The notes under the pieces are model-generated. The model was not told where the DNA came from and searched no databases. It worked only from the letters and a program-made list of their open reading frames with translations. From IMG/VR virus record IMGVR_UViG_3300045988_046997, positions 1-26,899 of that record: a DNA stretch of 26,899 nt; one strand, given 5' to 3'. The stretch comes from a virus. The number at the start of each line of letters is the position of its first letter. Position 1 is the first letter of the stretch. Positions 13,319 to 21,495 of this stretch are shown here, in pieces. The position numbers were made by a program, and so were the translations under genes.

Positions 13319-14538
13319 TGCTGAGCGAGAAGCAGCGCCTTCTCGCGACGTGGTGGAGCGAAGGCGGGGAGTTTGCAGACAAAGACGGGGTCATAGCAGA
13401 TGGAGCAGTGCGCAGCGGCAAGACGTACGCGCTGGTCATTGGGTTCCTGCTTTGGTCGCAGCTCAGGTTTTCTGGTGAGTCGTTCATAATCGCAGGCCGC
13501 ACGATGGGAGCGTTGAAGCGAAACGTGGTGGCTCCGATGCTACAGGTCATACGCGATTTCGGTTGGCCTTGCCACTACAACCGCAACGAGGGCGTTATAA
13601 CGATCGCGAGCAACATGTACCACCTGTTCGGCGCAAACAACGAACAGAGTCAGGACAAGATCCAAGGCATGACGGCGGCGGGTTGCCTTCTAAACGAGGT
13701 GGCGCTCATGCCGCGCTCGTTCGTGGATCAGGCACTCGCCCGCTGCTCCGTGTCCGGTGCGAAGTTCTGGTGGGACTGCAACCCGAGTTACCCAGCGCAC
13801 TTCGTTAAAGCTGACTTCATCGACAAGGCTCAGGAACGCAACCTGTTCAGATTGAAGTTCACGATGGACGACAACCCGACTTTGGCTCCCGATGCTCGGG
13901 CAAGGTACGAGCGGCTTTACTCCGGCGTGTTCTACGACCGTTACGTTAGAGGCTTGTGGGTAGTCGCGGAGGGTCTGGTCTATCAGGACTTCAAGGAGTC
14001 GGAGATGTGTGCGGAGCTGTCGGATGAAGACATCAAGAAGGCGGCGCACGTGGTGTCCATCGACTACGGCATCACGAACCCGTTCGCGGCTATAGATTGG
14101 GTCGTCAAAGACGGCGTGGCGTACGCGGTGGACGAGTATTACTTCGATTCTAAAGACGAAGAGTTCCGCCGAACCGACGAGGAGCATTACGAGGCGCTGA
14201 AGAAGTGGATCGGCAAGAGATACGTCGAGCTGGTGGTCATCGACCCGTCCGCCTCTTCGTTCATCGAGTGCATGGCGCGCCACGGCGAGTGGGAGTTCAG
14301 AGGCGCGGACAACTCGGTCATAGACGGCATCAGCAACACCATGACGGCCATGAAGCAGCAAGGTCTTCTCATAGGAAAGAAGTGCAAGCACCTGCTTCAA
14401 GAACTCGGTCTGTATAGATGGGACGAGAAGAAGAAGCACGAGGCCGTGGTAAAGGAGAACGACCACGCTTGCGACGCCATGAGGTACTTCGTTCAAACGG
14501 TCGGCGTGAACGAGCTTTCATGTTTTGACTGGGAGTGA
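13318..14538 (+). CDS. terL: Terminase large subunit
   Basis: The ORF track extends to 13090. The start is at ATG 13318 overlapping the terS TGA. Walker A DGAVRSGKTYAL; the nuclease-half acidic motifs follow. Confidence 0.85.
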   Translation: MLSEKQRLLATWWSEGGEFADKDGVIADGAVRSGKTYALVIGFLLWSQLRFSGESFIIAGRTMGALKRNVVAPMLQVIRDFGWPCHYNRNEGVITIASNMYHLFGANNEQSQDKIQGMTAAGCLLNEVALMPRSFVDQALARCSVSGAKFWWDCNPSYPAHFVKADFIDKAQERNLFRLKFTMDDNPTLAPDARARYERLYSGVFYDRYVRGLWVVAEGLVYQDFKESEMCAELSDEDIKKAAHVVSIDYGITNPFAAIDWVVKDGVAYAVDEYYFDSKDEEFRRTDEEHYEALKKWIGKRYVELVVIDPSASSFIECMARHGEWEFRGADNSVIDGISNTMTAMKQQGLLIGKKCKHLLQELGLYRWDEKKKHEAVVKENDHACDAMRYFVQTVGVNELSCFDWE

Positions 14539-14574
14539 CGTATAATCTTCGAAGCGAAGAGATTGGAGAACCGA

Positions 14575-15978
14575 ATGGGATTGTTCGACGCGATGCTCGA
14601 CATGCTGGCAGCCGTTCTGGGCAAGAGGATCCAAGGGCACGACCAGCTGGCGGCGTACCGAGACAGCGGCAAGAAGGGAACAGAATACTCCGTGGAGAGC
14701 ATGGTCAGCGAGTCGCTCGCGAACCTGATGATGCTCGACTTCACGATGCCGATCGAGGGCGAGTCCGCAAGGGCGAGGATGCTCGACGGAACGTCGGACT
14801 CGTTCGTGCGAGACACGCTGTGCAACGCGGTGTCTATGGGCTTCCTCACCGGAGACAGCGTCACGGTGCCGAGTTGGAACGGTCGCACGATGGACAACGT
14901 GCTGGTTGACGCCGGAAGCTTCGCGATCCTAGGCGCGAACGGTCACGAGATAACGTCGATGATCTACGTCGTGGACGAGAAGCGGTTCAATCACGGCTCG
15001 ACTTACACGCTTCTAAGGCTCATCGAGCTTGTGCCGTACACCGCTCAGGACGGCACGCAGACGCACGCGAACCGGTATAAAACCTTCATCGCGAAGGACG
15101 GCACCATCACGGACATCCCGCTGAGCGAGTTCCCCGACTGGGCGGCGACCAATGAGGATGAGTGGGTCATCCCGAACGTCGATCGCCTGCTTATCGGTCG
15201 TTACCGCAGCTTCACGCTGAACCCGCTGAACCCGAACGCGCAGAAGGGAACGCCGATCTGCTTCGGAGCGTCCGCGCCGATCAGGGAGATACACTATTTG
15301 ACGGCGCAGATGCACGAGGAGTTCGGTCTGAGCGAGAAGGCGATCATCGCCGACAAGACGCTCTTTAAGAAGGAGCTGCTGCGAGACGGCGAGGGAAACG
15401 TTGTCAGCCAGAAGCTCGTCCTGCCAAAGGGTCGCGAACGGCTCTTCATGAACGTCGGCAACCGAGGGACTTCCGGAGCTCCGCTCATCCAAGAGTGGGC
15501 TCCGACGATCCAGCTGCAACCGTACGTGGACGCTCTGGAGAAGCAGTATCAAGAGGTCGAGAAGTGCGTCGGCGTGTCCTCGGGCATCCTGAGCAACCTG
15601 AACGACCAGAGCTATCAGAACGTGGACAACGTCCGCAAGAGCACGATCAAGACGCAGAGCTTCGTCAACACCGCCCGCAAAGTGTGCGAGAGCTACCTCG
15701 AGGACATGGTCTACGCTTGGAACGCCATAGCTAATTTCTATGGCTTGACCCCCGTCGGCGACTTCCACGTCGAGTACAAGTGGTCGGACGACTACATCAA
15801 CACGTTTAGCGACCAGCAGAACGCGATCCTCGCTGGCGATGCTATCGGGGCGACGGATGCCGTGGACTACCGCATGTTCGTCATGGGCGAGAGCCCCGAG
15901 GTTGCAAGGGAGCGAGTTGCGGCGATCAAGGCTGAGAAGGGCGACGAACTCGCGGCGTTCGAGGAGATCAGGGTCTAA
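14575..15978 (+). CDS. Portal protein
   Basis: 467 aa with a GGAGAA RBS. Position directly after TerL and size are typical. No motif-level check was possible. Confidence 0.6.
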   Translation: MGLFDAMLDMLAAVLGKRIQGHDQLAAYRDSGKKGTEYSVESMVSESLANLMMLDFTMPIEGESARARMLDGTSDSFVRDTLCNAVSMGFLTGDSVTVPSWNGRTMDNVLVDAGSFAILGANGHEITSMIYVVDEKRFNHGSTYTLLRLIELVPYTAQDGTQTHANRYKTFIAKDGTITDIPLSEFPDWAATNEDEWVIPNVDRLLIGRYRSFTLNPLNPNAQKGTPICFGASAPIREIHYLTAQMHEEFGLSEKAIIADKTLFKKELLRDGEGNVVSQKLVLPKGRERLFMNVGNRGTSGAPLIQEWAPTIQLQPYVDALEKQYQEVEKCVGVSSGILSNLNDQSYQNVDNVRKSTIKTQSFVNTARKVCESYLEDMVYAWNAIANFYGLTPVGDFHVEYKWSDDYINTFSDQQNAILAGDAIGATDAVDYRMFVMGESPEVARERVAAIKAEKGDELAAFEEIRV

Positions 15979-17120
15979 TGGACGCGGCGGACATCGAGTA
16001 CCAAGAGAAGGAACAGAACATCGTGGAGGAGGACGGCATGGCTGTTGAGCTTGCCGTCCTCTCCGTCATTGCGGCTAGGCTCGCGATGATCGACGATAAG
16101 ACCACTTACGCGACGGTCAGGGCGTGGCAGGTCGAGGACATGGCGACCATCTCGCGGCTGCTGTCCGCTGGCGCGAAGATGATCAGCGGCAGGTCTGACA
16201 GGATCATAGACAAGATGGGCGAGTCCTCAGACGAGTGGGCTAAGCCGTTCTTCGAGGCTCGCGGCATCGAGCAGAGGTCGGTGTTTGACGACGAGTTCGC
16301 GGCTGCGGCGATGGACGCTGGGAAGGCGAAGAACGCGAAGAACGTCGCTTCGATGTGCAGGACTTCAGTTATAGGCCTTGTGGCTCCAGACGGATCGGTG
16401 AACCGGATAAGCGAGACGTACCGGAAGCTCATGGACTCCGCGATCAGGGCGATCATGCGGAGCGAGGAGGACTACAACAGCGCGATCGAACGTGCGGTGC
16501 GCAAGCTCTCCAAGGGCGGTCTGAGGGTGAAGTACCCGAGCGGGGCGACCCGCGAGATGTACGCAGCCGTCTCCATGAACGTGATGGACGGTTTCAGGCT
16601 CACGATGCAGGACGTGCGCGACCAGCAGGCGCAGAGGTTCGGGGCGGACGGCGTGGAGGTCTCGGCTCATGGCATGTGCGCAGAAGATCATCTTCCGTAT
16701 CAAGGCAGGCAGTACACGAAGGCGGAGTTCGAGCGCATCCAGAAGAAGCTAGAGAGACCGATAGGCGAGGGCATGAACTGCCGCCACATGGTCTCTGGCG
16801 TGGTTCTGGGCGTTTCGAGCAACGCGTACGGCGAGAAGCAGCGCAGGCAGATGGCGAGGGAGTCCCGCAGGAAGACGGGGGTCGAGAATGCAGACGGGCA
16901 CGACATGACGGCGTACGAGTTCACGCAGTGGCAGAGGCGGCAGGAGACCGATATACGCAAGCTGAAGGCGCAGGCGAGGGTTCACGAGAAGGCTGGGCTC
17001 GATCCGAAGGAGTTCGAGGCGGAGGCCGCGCGGAAGAGAAAGCAATACGTCGAGCTGTCGAAGAAGGCGGGAGTTGAGACGCGGCTGGAGAGAACGAAAG
17101 TCTACGAGTGGAAGCTCTAG
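15978..17120 (+). CDS. Head morphogenesis protein (SPP1 gp7 / Mu F-like minor capsid protein)
   Basis: ATG overlaps the portal TAA. ...HGMCAEDHLPYQGRQYTKAEFERIQKK...GEGMNCRHM... resembles the Mu-F/gp7 C-terminal signature. Position after the portal fits. Confidence 0.55.
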   Translation: MDAADIEYQEKEQNIVEEDGMAVELAVLSVIAARLAMIDDKTTYATVRAWQVEDMATISRLLSAGAKMISGRSDRIIDKMGESSDEWAKPFFEARGIEQRSVFDDEFAAAAMDAGKAKNAKNVASMCRTSVIGLVAPDGSVNRISETYRKLMDSAIRAIMRSEEDYNSAIERAVRKLSKGGLRVKYPSGATREMYAAVSMNVMDGFRLTMQDVRDQQAQRFGADGVEVSAHGMCAEDHLPYQGRQYTKAEFERIQKKLERPIGEGMNCRHMVSGVVLGVSSNAYGEKQRRQMARESRRKTGVENADGHDMTAYEFTQWQRRQETDIRKLKAQARVHEKAGLDPKEFEAEAARKRKQYVELSKKAGVETRLERTKVYEWKL

Positions 17121-17122
17121 GG

Positions 17123-17149
17123 AAAACCCGCAGGTCAGCGGGTTTTTTC
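17123..17149 (+). terminator. Rho-independent terminator T4 after the packaging/morphogenesis operon
   Basis: AACCCGC-aggtca-GCGGGTT stem followed by TTTTTCATTC. Confidence 0.75.
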
Positions 17150-17181
17150 ATTCATGTATGAAATAATATAAGCATTACCGT

Positions 17182-17210
17182 TTACAAACAGAAACAAGCA
17201 ATACTATAAT
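17182..17210 (+). promoter_or_regulatory. Promoter P4: -35 TTACAA (17182-17187), 17-bp spacer, -10 TATAAT (17205-17210)
   Basis: Consensus-like hexamers. The upstream GTTTACAAAC is a near-palindrome related to the P3 operator. The 39-nt leader at 17212-17250, identical to the P3 leader, follows. Confidence 0.7.
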
Positions 17211-17211
17211 G

Positions 17212-17250
17212 AGGTCACACCGAAAGGGAAACACCGAACGAAAGGCAGGA
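17212..17250 (+). promoter_or_regulatory. Second copy of the conserved 39-nt leader, identical to 10367-10405
   Basis: Exact sequence identity. Confidence 0.7.
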
Positions 17251-17254
17251 TGAA

Positions 17255-17440
17255 ATGAACGAGAAGAAGCAGGAACTCTTCAACGAGATGATCGAAGCAG
17301 CCACAGCCTACATGAACACCAACACGTTCGAGAACGCAAAATACTGCTCAGTCCGCAAGGCGACCGAGGCTTACGCGGAGTTCAGCGGCATCAGCTACGA
17401 GCAAGCCGCGAATATCGCGCTCGAGACGATCAAGCGCTAG
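17255..17440 (+). CDS. Hypothetical small helical protein (61 aa), moron gene 1
   Basis: ATG 4 nt after the AGGA of the conserved leader. Confidence 0.45.
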   Translation: MNEKKQELFNEMIEAATAYMNTNTFENAKYCSVRKATEAYAEFSGISYEQAANIALETIKR

Positions 17441-17466
17441 GAAGGCAGGAGCAAACGAAGGACTTT

Positions 17467-17673
17467 ATGAGCAGCGACCGCTTCATGAAGGCGGTCAACG
17501 GCTACGAGAAGTACGAGTGCATGGGCGAGTTCAAGTGGTTCGACGAGCAGTCAAGGGCGCTCGCTGACGAGGTGTTCGAGGAAACCCGGATCCTCATTGA
17601 AGAGATCGCGAGAGAGAACGGCGTGCTTTACAACGACGTGCTCGATGCGGTTCGCAAGGTTTCGCGCTACTAG
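17467..17673 (+). CDS. Hypothetical small acidic protein (68 aa), moron gene 2
   Basis: Preceded by GAAGGCAGGAGCAAACGAAGG. Confidence 0.45.
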   Translation: MSSDRFMKAVNGYEKYECMGEFKWFDEQSRALADEVFEETRILIEEIARENGVLYNDVLDAVRKVSRY

Positions 17674-17686
17674 GAAGGAGCAAGAA

Positions 17687-18016
17687 ATGGCAAAGGAGCA
17701 TGATGGGCGTTTCGGCAAGTTGTACTCGGCATGGGCGTACGACGAGAACGAGGACGCGATGAGGGACGCGAACGCGAGGGTTTACCACGATCTTAGGGCA
17801 GCGGTAAGTATCAATCCGCGCAACACGGACGATGCGAAGGGGAAGGATGAACTCGTTTACGAGAACAGTGCGACAGGGTACGCGCACAGGAGCTTCATGG
17901 TGAAGGCAAAGCCAGAGTGGATGACGATGGCGGAAGCCGCGCTGGTGATCGACATGGGGAGCCTGTGCTTCGGGTTCCAGACGATGGGCAACGTCGTTAC
18001 CATCTTCACGGACTAG
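17687..18016 (+). CDS. Hypothetical protein (109 aa), moron gene 3
   Basis: Internal ATG with a GGAAGGAG RBS. The ORF-track start at 17597 overlaps the previous gene without an RBS. Confidence 0.45.
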   Translation: MAKEHDGRFGKLYSAWAYDENEDAMRDANARVYHDLRAAVSINPRNTDDAKGKDELVYENSATGYAHRSFMVKAKPEWMTMAEAALVIDMGSLCFGFQTMGNVVTIFTD

Positions 18017-18123
18017 CGAACAACACACAGACGATAAACGAGCGTCCTGCGCTTCACGAGAGCGCGGGGCGCGTTGTGCTATCATGCGGGAAGCAGCCGC
18101 GTGCTTCAACGCGGCACGTTCCC

Positions 18124-18153
18124 ACCGCCGAAGGGGCGGTTAATAAAATCTTT
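18124..18153 (+). terminator. Weak terminator-like hairpin closing the moron
   Basis: ACCGCC-gaag-GGGCGGT stem followed by TAATAAAATCTTT. It lies within a structured 150-bp non-coding region, 18017-18169. Confidence 0.4.
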
Positions 18154-18169
18154 AGAACGGAGAGTGGGC

Positions 18170-18802
18170 ATGAAGAACATCAAGGAAATCACAGGGGAAC
18201 TCGGCATCGAGCTGGACGAGGCGAAGCTCGGCGAGCTTGAGAAGTCCGTTCTCGAGAACTACCGCACCGTGGCGGAGGTCGAGAACAAGCAGAGCCGCAT
18301 CAGCTGGCTCGAGGGTCAGCTGGCTACCGCCAACGAGGCTCTGGAAGCAGCGAAGAACGCGGACGTGACAAACGCCGACGAGGTTCAGGCCATGCGAGAC
18401 AAGATCGCCGCTTACGAGGCGGCTGACGAGGAGCGCAAGGCTCAGACCGAGGAGGAGAAGGCGCGTCAGGAGTTCGAGGAGAGGTTCCGCAGCGCCGTCG
18501 GCGACAAGAAGTTCGCCAACGACATCGTTCGCAGCGCCGTCTCCGACAAGGCTTACTCCGTTGCGAAGGCGAACCCCGACATGGATCTTTCCGCGATCCT
18601 CGGCGGCATCGTCGGCGACTCCGACGGCGTGTGGCTGAACCCGCAGCAGGATCCAAAGAAGATGCCTGGGGCAAGCGAGAACGGCGGAGCGAAGGCTGGA
18701 ATGCAGTCGATCCAGAACGTCGAAGACCTGAAGTGCATGTCCGTCGATGAGATCCGCGCCCACATGGACGAAGTGAACAAGGTTCTGGCGAATCAAAAGT
18801 AA
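18170..18802 (+). CDS. Scaffolding protein
   Basis: Start at ATG 18170 with a GGAGAG RBS. 210 aa, acidic and coiled-coil (...AEVENKQSRISWLEGQLATANEALEAAKN...). Located immediately upstream of the major capsid gene. Confidence 0.65.
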   Translation: MKNIKEITGELGIELDEAKLGELEKSVLENYRTVAEVENKQSRISWLEGQLATANEALEAAKNADVTNADEVQAMRDKIAAYEAADEERKAQTEEEKARQEFEERFRSAVGDKKFANDIVRSAVSDKAYSVAKANPDMDLSAILGGIVGDSDGVWLNPQQDPKKMPGASENGGAKAGMQSIQNVEDLKCMSVDEIRAHMDEVNKVLANQK

Positions 18803-18817
18803 AAGGAGGCTGCAACA

Positions 18818-19669
18818 ATGGCAGCAGATAAGTTCATTCCGCAGATCTGGTCTGCGAAGATACTGGACGCGCTCGACAAGACGCTCGTGTACGCCCAGCT
18901 GTTCAACCGCGACTACGAGGGCGAGATCACCGACGTAGGCGACACCGTCCACATCGCTCAGGTCGGCGACGTTGCGATCAAGGACTTCAAGTGCGACACC
19001 GACCTCGATGCTCCCGACGACGTGACCACGACCGACACCGTGCTCAAGATCGATCAGGCTAAGTACTTCAACATCGCAGTCTGCGACGTCAACGAGGTTC
19101 AGAGCAAGATCAACCTGCTCGACACCGCGACCCAGCGCGCAGGCTACGGCTTCTCCGACGTGTGCGACCAGTACCTCGGCGGCTTGCTCGCAAGTGACGC
19201 TGGCGTGGTTCTCGGCGGCACCGCCGCACCGACCGTCATCACCGAGCAGAACGCTTACGAGCAGATGGTCCAGATCAAGACCGCGCTCGACAAGGCGAAC
19301 CTGCCGAAGGCCGGACGCAAGGTAGTCGTCCCGCCCGAGTACGAGGGCTTCATGCTTCTCGACCCGCGCTTCGTTCAGGTCGGCACCGACGCTTCCAACG
19401 ACCGTCTGGAGATGGGCACCATCTATCGCGCCGCTGGTCTGGAGGTTCTCGTCTCCAACAACGCTCCGACGTTCAAATACGATACTTCCAAGACAGGTTA
19501 CAAGGTCGTCGCCACTTCCGACCTCACCGGCACGTTCGCGCAGCAGATCCTGAAGACCGAGGCCTACCGCCCCGAGAAGCGCTTCGCTGACGCTGTGAAG
19601 GGTCTTCACGTTTACGGTGCCAAGGTCACCCGTCCCGCAGCAGTCGTGGCGGCGAACGTGGCTTTTTAA
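18818..19669 (+). CDS. Major capsid protein (P22-coat/gp5-like family of the HK97 fold)
   Basis: AAAAGGAGG RBS. The N-terminus MAADKFIPQIWSAKILDALDKTLVYAQLFNRDYEGEITDVGDTVHI matches the characteristic start of this coat-protein family. Confidence 0.8.
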   Translation: MAADKFIPQIWSAKILDALDKTLVYAQLFNRDYEGEITDVGDTVHIAQVGDVAIKDFKCDTDLDAPDDVTTTDTVLKIDQAKYFNIAVCDVNEVQSKINLLDTATQRAGYGFSDVCDQYLGGLLASDAGVVLGGTAAPTVITEQNAYEQMVQIKTALDKANLPKAGRKVVVPPEYEGFMLLDPRFVQVGTDASNDRLEMGTIYRAAGLEVLVSNNAPTFKYDTSKTGYKVVATSDLTGTFAQQILKTEAYRPEKRFADAVKGLHVYGAKVTRPAAVVAANVAF

Positions 19670-19758
19670 GCGCGAGGCTTGCCGCATCTCGCACGGCTAA
19701 AGTCGGCATCGCCCGAACAGGCTTCGCCGAAGTCGGGCGTTCAGAGGATTAACCAGCC

Positions 19759-19793
19759 GAGGGCGGGGGCGAATGCTTCCGCCCTCTTCGTTT
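19759..19793 (+). terminator. Terminator-like hairpin after the major capsid gene
   Basis: GAGGGCGG-ggcgaatgctt-CCGCCCTC stem followed by TTCGTTT, with further hairpins at 19672-19745. This may attenuate rather than fully terminate. Confidence 0.5.
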
Positions 19794-19804
19794 AGGAGGG
19801 CTTA

Positions 19805-20335
19805 ATGGCAACACGTAAGAAGGCGGCTGCCAAGGCGGCGGAAAACGTCGGCTTCGCCGCGAAGACGTGGGCGAACGGCGAGGTCGTAACCGCCGATGAG
19901 CTGAACAGGGTGGAGCATGGGGTCGAGCAATCCATCACCCTCGCTCAGACGAACGAGCAGGACATCGCGGCTCTGGAGAGCGGAGCGACGCACTCGATGG
20001 TGGCGGACACGCAGAGGCCGTCGGTTCCGAGCAACCTCGCGCTGAGCATCGGCTTGCTCCCCGTCTGGAAGGCGGGATCGGACGTGCTGCTGCGATCCGC
20101 GATCGTGGACGTTTCCGCGACCGAGGCGACAACAGTCAGCGCGGGAACGGTCATCGCAACCGGCTTGACATTGAAGGCGAGCCAGAGCTACGCGGTGTGG
20201 TTCCTGTCGTCCGCTGGGACGCTGACGCACAACACGTTGCAGGTGAACACGACGGGCAAGAGCGTCACGCTGTCTGCTGACGAGTCGTTCGCTAAGGGAA
20301 CGACGCTGATGCTCGTCACGGAAAACGACATCTAG
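19805..20335 (+). CDS. Hypothetical structural protein, possibly a head decoration or Ig-like protein
   Basis: Strong TAGGAGGG RBS. Ala/Thr/Ser-rich. Located between the capsid and connector genes. Confidence 0.4.
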   Translation: MATRKKAAAKAAENVGFAAKTWANGEVVTADELNRVEHGVEQSITLAQTNEQDIAALESGATHSMVADTQRPSVPSNLALSIGLLPVWKAGSDVLLRSAIVDVSATEATTVSAGTVIATGLTLKASQSYAVWFLSSAGTLTHNTLQVNTTGKSVTLSADESFAKGTTLMLVTENDI

Positions 20336-20345
20336 GAGCGGAGCC

Positions 20346-20753
20346 ATGCCGTACGTAACCTATGAGGAGTACCAGCAGGCAGGCGGGAAGCTGACGGAAG
20401 CCGAGTTCGACGTTCAGGAGCCTAGGGCTGAGGTCATGCTCGATGGATGGACGATGAACCGACTGAAGGAGCAGAGCGTCGTTGACGACCTGAAGGCGAT
20501 GGGCGATTGGCGCAGCGTCGTGATCGCCGTGTGCTGGCTCACCGACCAGATGCAGGGCATCGAGAAGGCGCGCAAAGCGAAGGCCGACGGCGCGGAGGTA
20601 ACGAGCTTCAACAACGGCGTGAACTCGTTCTCGTTCGGCGGCGGCTCGTCGAGCGACGCGACCGCTGCGGAGTCGTCCGCGTACCACGAGGTGGTCAGGA
20701 TCCTTCCAGTGGAGCTCGTGAGCGCCTGCGTGTCGTACAACAACGCGCGTTAG
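20346..20753 (+). CDS. Putative head-tail connector / adaptor (gp6/gp15-like)
   Basis: Size, N-terminus MPYVTYEEYQQ... and position after the capsid gene. Weak. Confidence 0.4.
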   Translation: MPYVTYEEYQQAGGKLTEAEFDVQEPRAEVMLDGWTMNRLKEQSVVDDLKAMGDWRSVVIAVCWLTDQMQGIEKARKAKADGAEVTSFNNGVNSFSFGGGSSSDATAAESSAYHEVVRILPVELVSACVSYNNAR

Positions 20754-20763
20754 GGGGGTTGAC

Positions 20764-21240
20764 GTGAACATCGACGTTGACGGCCTGTTGGATCGGACGG
20801 TGACGGTCATCAACCGCATCGGCGCGAAGGAGTCGGGGGAGGAGTCGGACATTTACCGACCGATCGTCCTGCGACCCGCCCAGTGGGCTGAGACCATGAC
20901 CAGAACCACGGACGCTGACGGGACTGTCCACCTGAAGAGATCGGTCAGGGTTCAGGTTCCGAGCGGCACGGCGACGTTCAAGCCCTACCGCGAATGGGTC
21001 TCAGAAGCTGTGAGAGGCTCCACAGATGGCGTTTACACGTTCTCGCTGCACGACTACGTGGTCGAGGGTGATTTGGGCGTTGCAGGCGATCTGACGCGCC
21101 AAGAGGCGTTGCAGGCGATCGAGGGAAAGCCTCACTGCGAGGTGTCCGCCTTCCGAGACTTGAGGAACGGCGGCGCGGTCGAGGCTCCGGAGGTCGGCTG
21201 CCTGAAGTACGCTTCGGTGATCTACGCGGAGGGGGTTTAG
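20764..21240 (+). CDS. Putative head closure / head-tail joining protein
   Basis: GTG start with a GGGGGG RBS. Position only. Confidence 0.35.
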   Translation: MNIDVDGLLDRTVTVINRIGAKESGEESDIYRPIVLRPAQWAETMTRTTDADGTVHLKRSVRVQVPSGTATFKPYREWVSEAVRGSTDGVYTFSLHDYVVEGDLGVAGDLTRQEALQAIEGKPHCEVSAFRDLRNGGAVEAPEVGCLKYASVIYAEGV

Positions 21241-21258
21241 ATGCGCGGTTTCGGTAGG

Positions 21259-21495
21259 AGCTTGCATGCGTTCTGCATGCAAACTGCATGCATTGTGCGT
21301 GCAACTGCAAGCGTTCTGCATGCGGTCTGCGAAGTTAGCGGTTCCCTCGTCAAAATGCGATGGGAAAACCGAAAAAACCGCGTTTGACCTGCTTGTTTGC
21401 AAACTGCAAGCAAACTGCATGCAAACTGCATGCAAAATGCTTGCTAGTATAGGTTAGTTTAGGTTAGTTTAGGTTAGTTTAGATAAGTATAGAGA
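21259..21495. repeat. Putative origin element oriB: two clusters of 11-bp-spaced iterons separated by an A-tract, followed by an AT-rich tandem repeat tract
   Basis: Cluster I has about 7 units at 21262, 21273, 21284, 21295, 21305, 21316 and 21327. Cluster II has 5 units at 21394, 21404, 21415, 21426 and 21437 and includes GTTTGCAAAC. The A-tract GGGAAAACCGAAAAAACCG lies at 21362-21380. The AT-rich tract is 21445-21495. It is non-coding, and 21410-21492 aligns with 7952-8035. Confidence 0.6.
21451..21480. repeat. Perfect tandem repeat (AGGTTAGTTT) x3 flanked by related TAGTAT / AGATAAGTAT units
   Basis: Read directly. This is the most AT-rich stretch of the genome, a candidate DNA-unwinding element. 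Confidence 0.8.

Noticed and set aside
13690-15768. 268-aa and 251-aa minus-strand ORFs antisense to terL and the portal gene
   Set aside because: Same reasoning. TerL has clear Walker motifs on the + strand, and no expression signals exist on the minus strand.
16355-17077. 240-aa alternate-frame + strand ORF (Arg/Gly-rich) inside the gp7/MuF-like gene. Similar cases are 7227-7721, 5097-5492, 22806-23183, 24520-25077 and 25800-26420.
   Set aside because: These are out-of-frame overlaps with strongly supported genes. They have extreme Arg/Gly/Glu low-complexity composition and no RBS, which is typical of off-frame reading of GC-rich coding sequence.
18152-19687. 511-aa minus-strand ORF, the longest ORF in the window
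   Set aside because: It lies exactly antisense to the scaffold and major capsid genes, both of which have strong RBSs and recognisable family signatures. Its composition is dominated by Leu/Val/Gly/Asp from reversed GAC/GAG-rich codons. It is an artefact of high GC.
21259-21495. CRISPR array or satellite
   Set aside because: The repeat units are 10-11 bp, directly abutting, with no 25-40-bp unique spacers and no cas genes. The periodic short iterons plus an AT-rich tract fit an origin or protein-binding array, not a CRISPR array.
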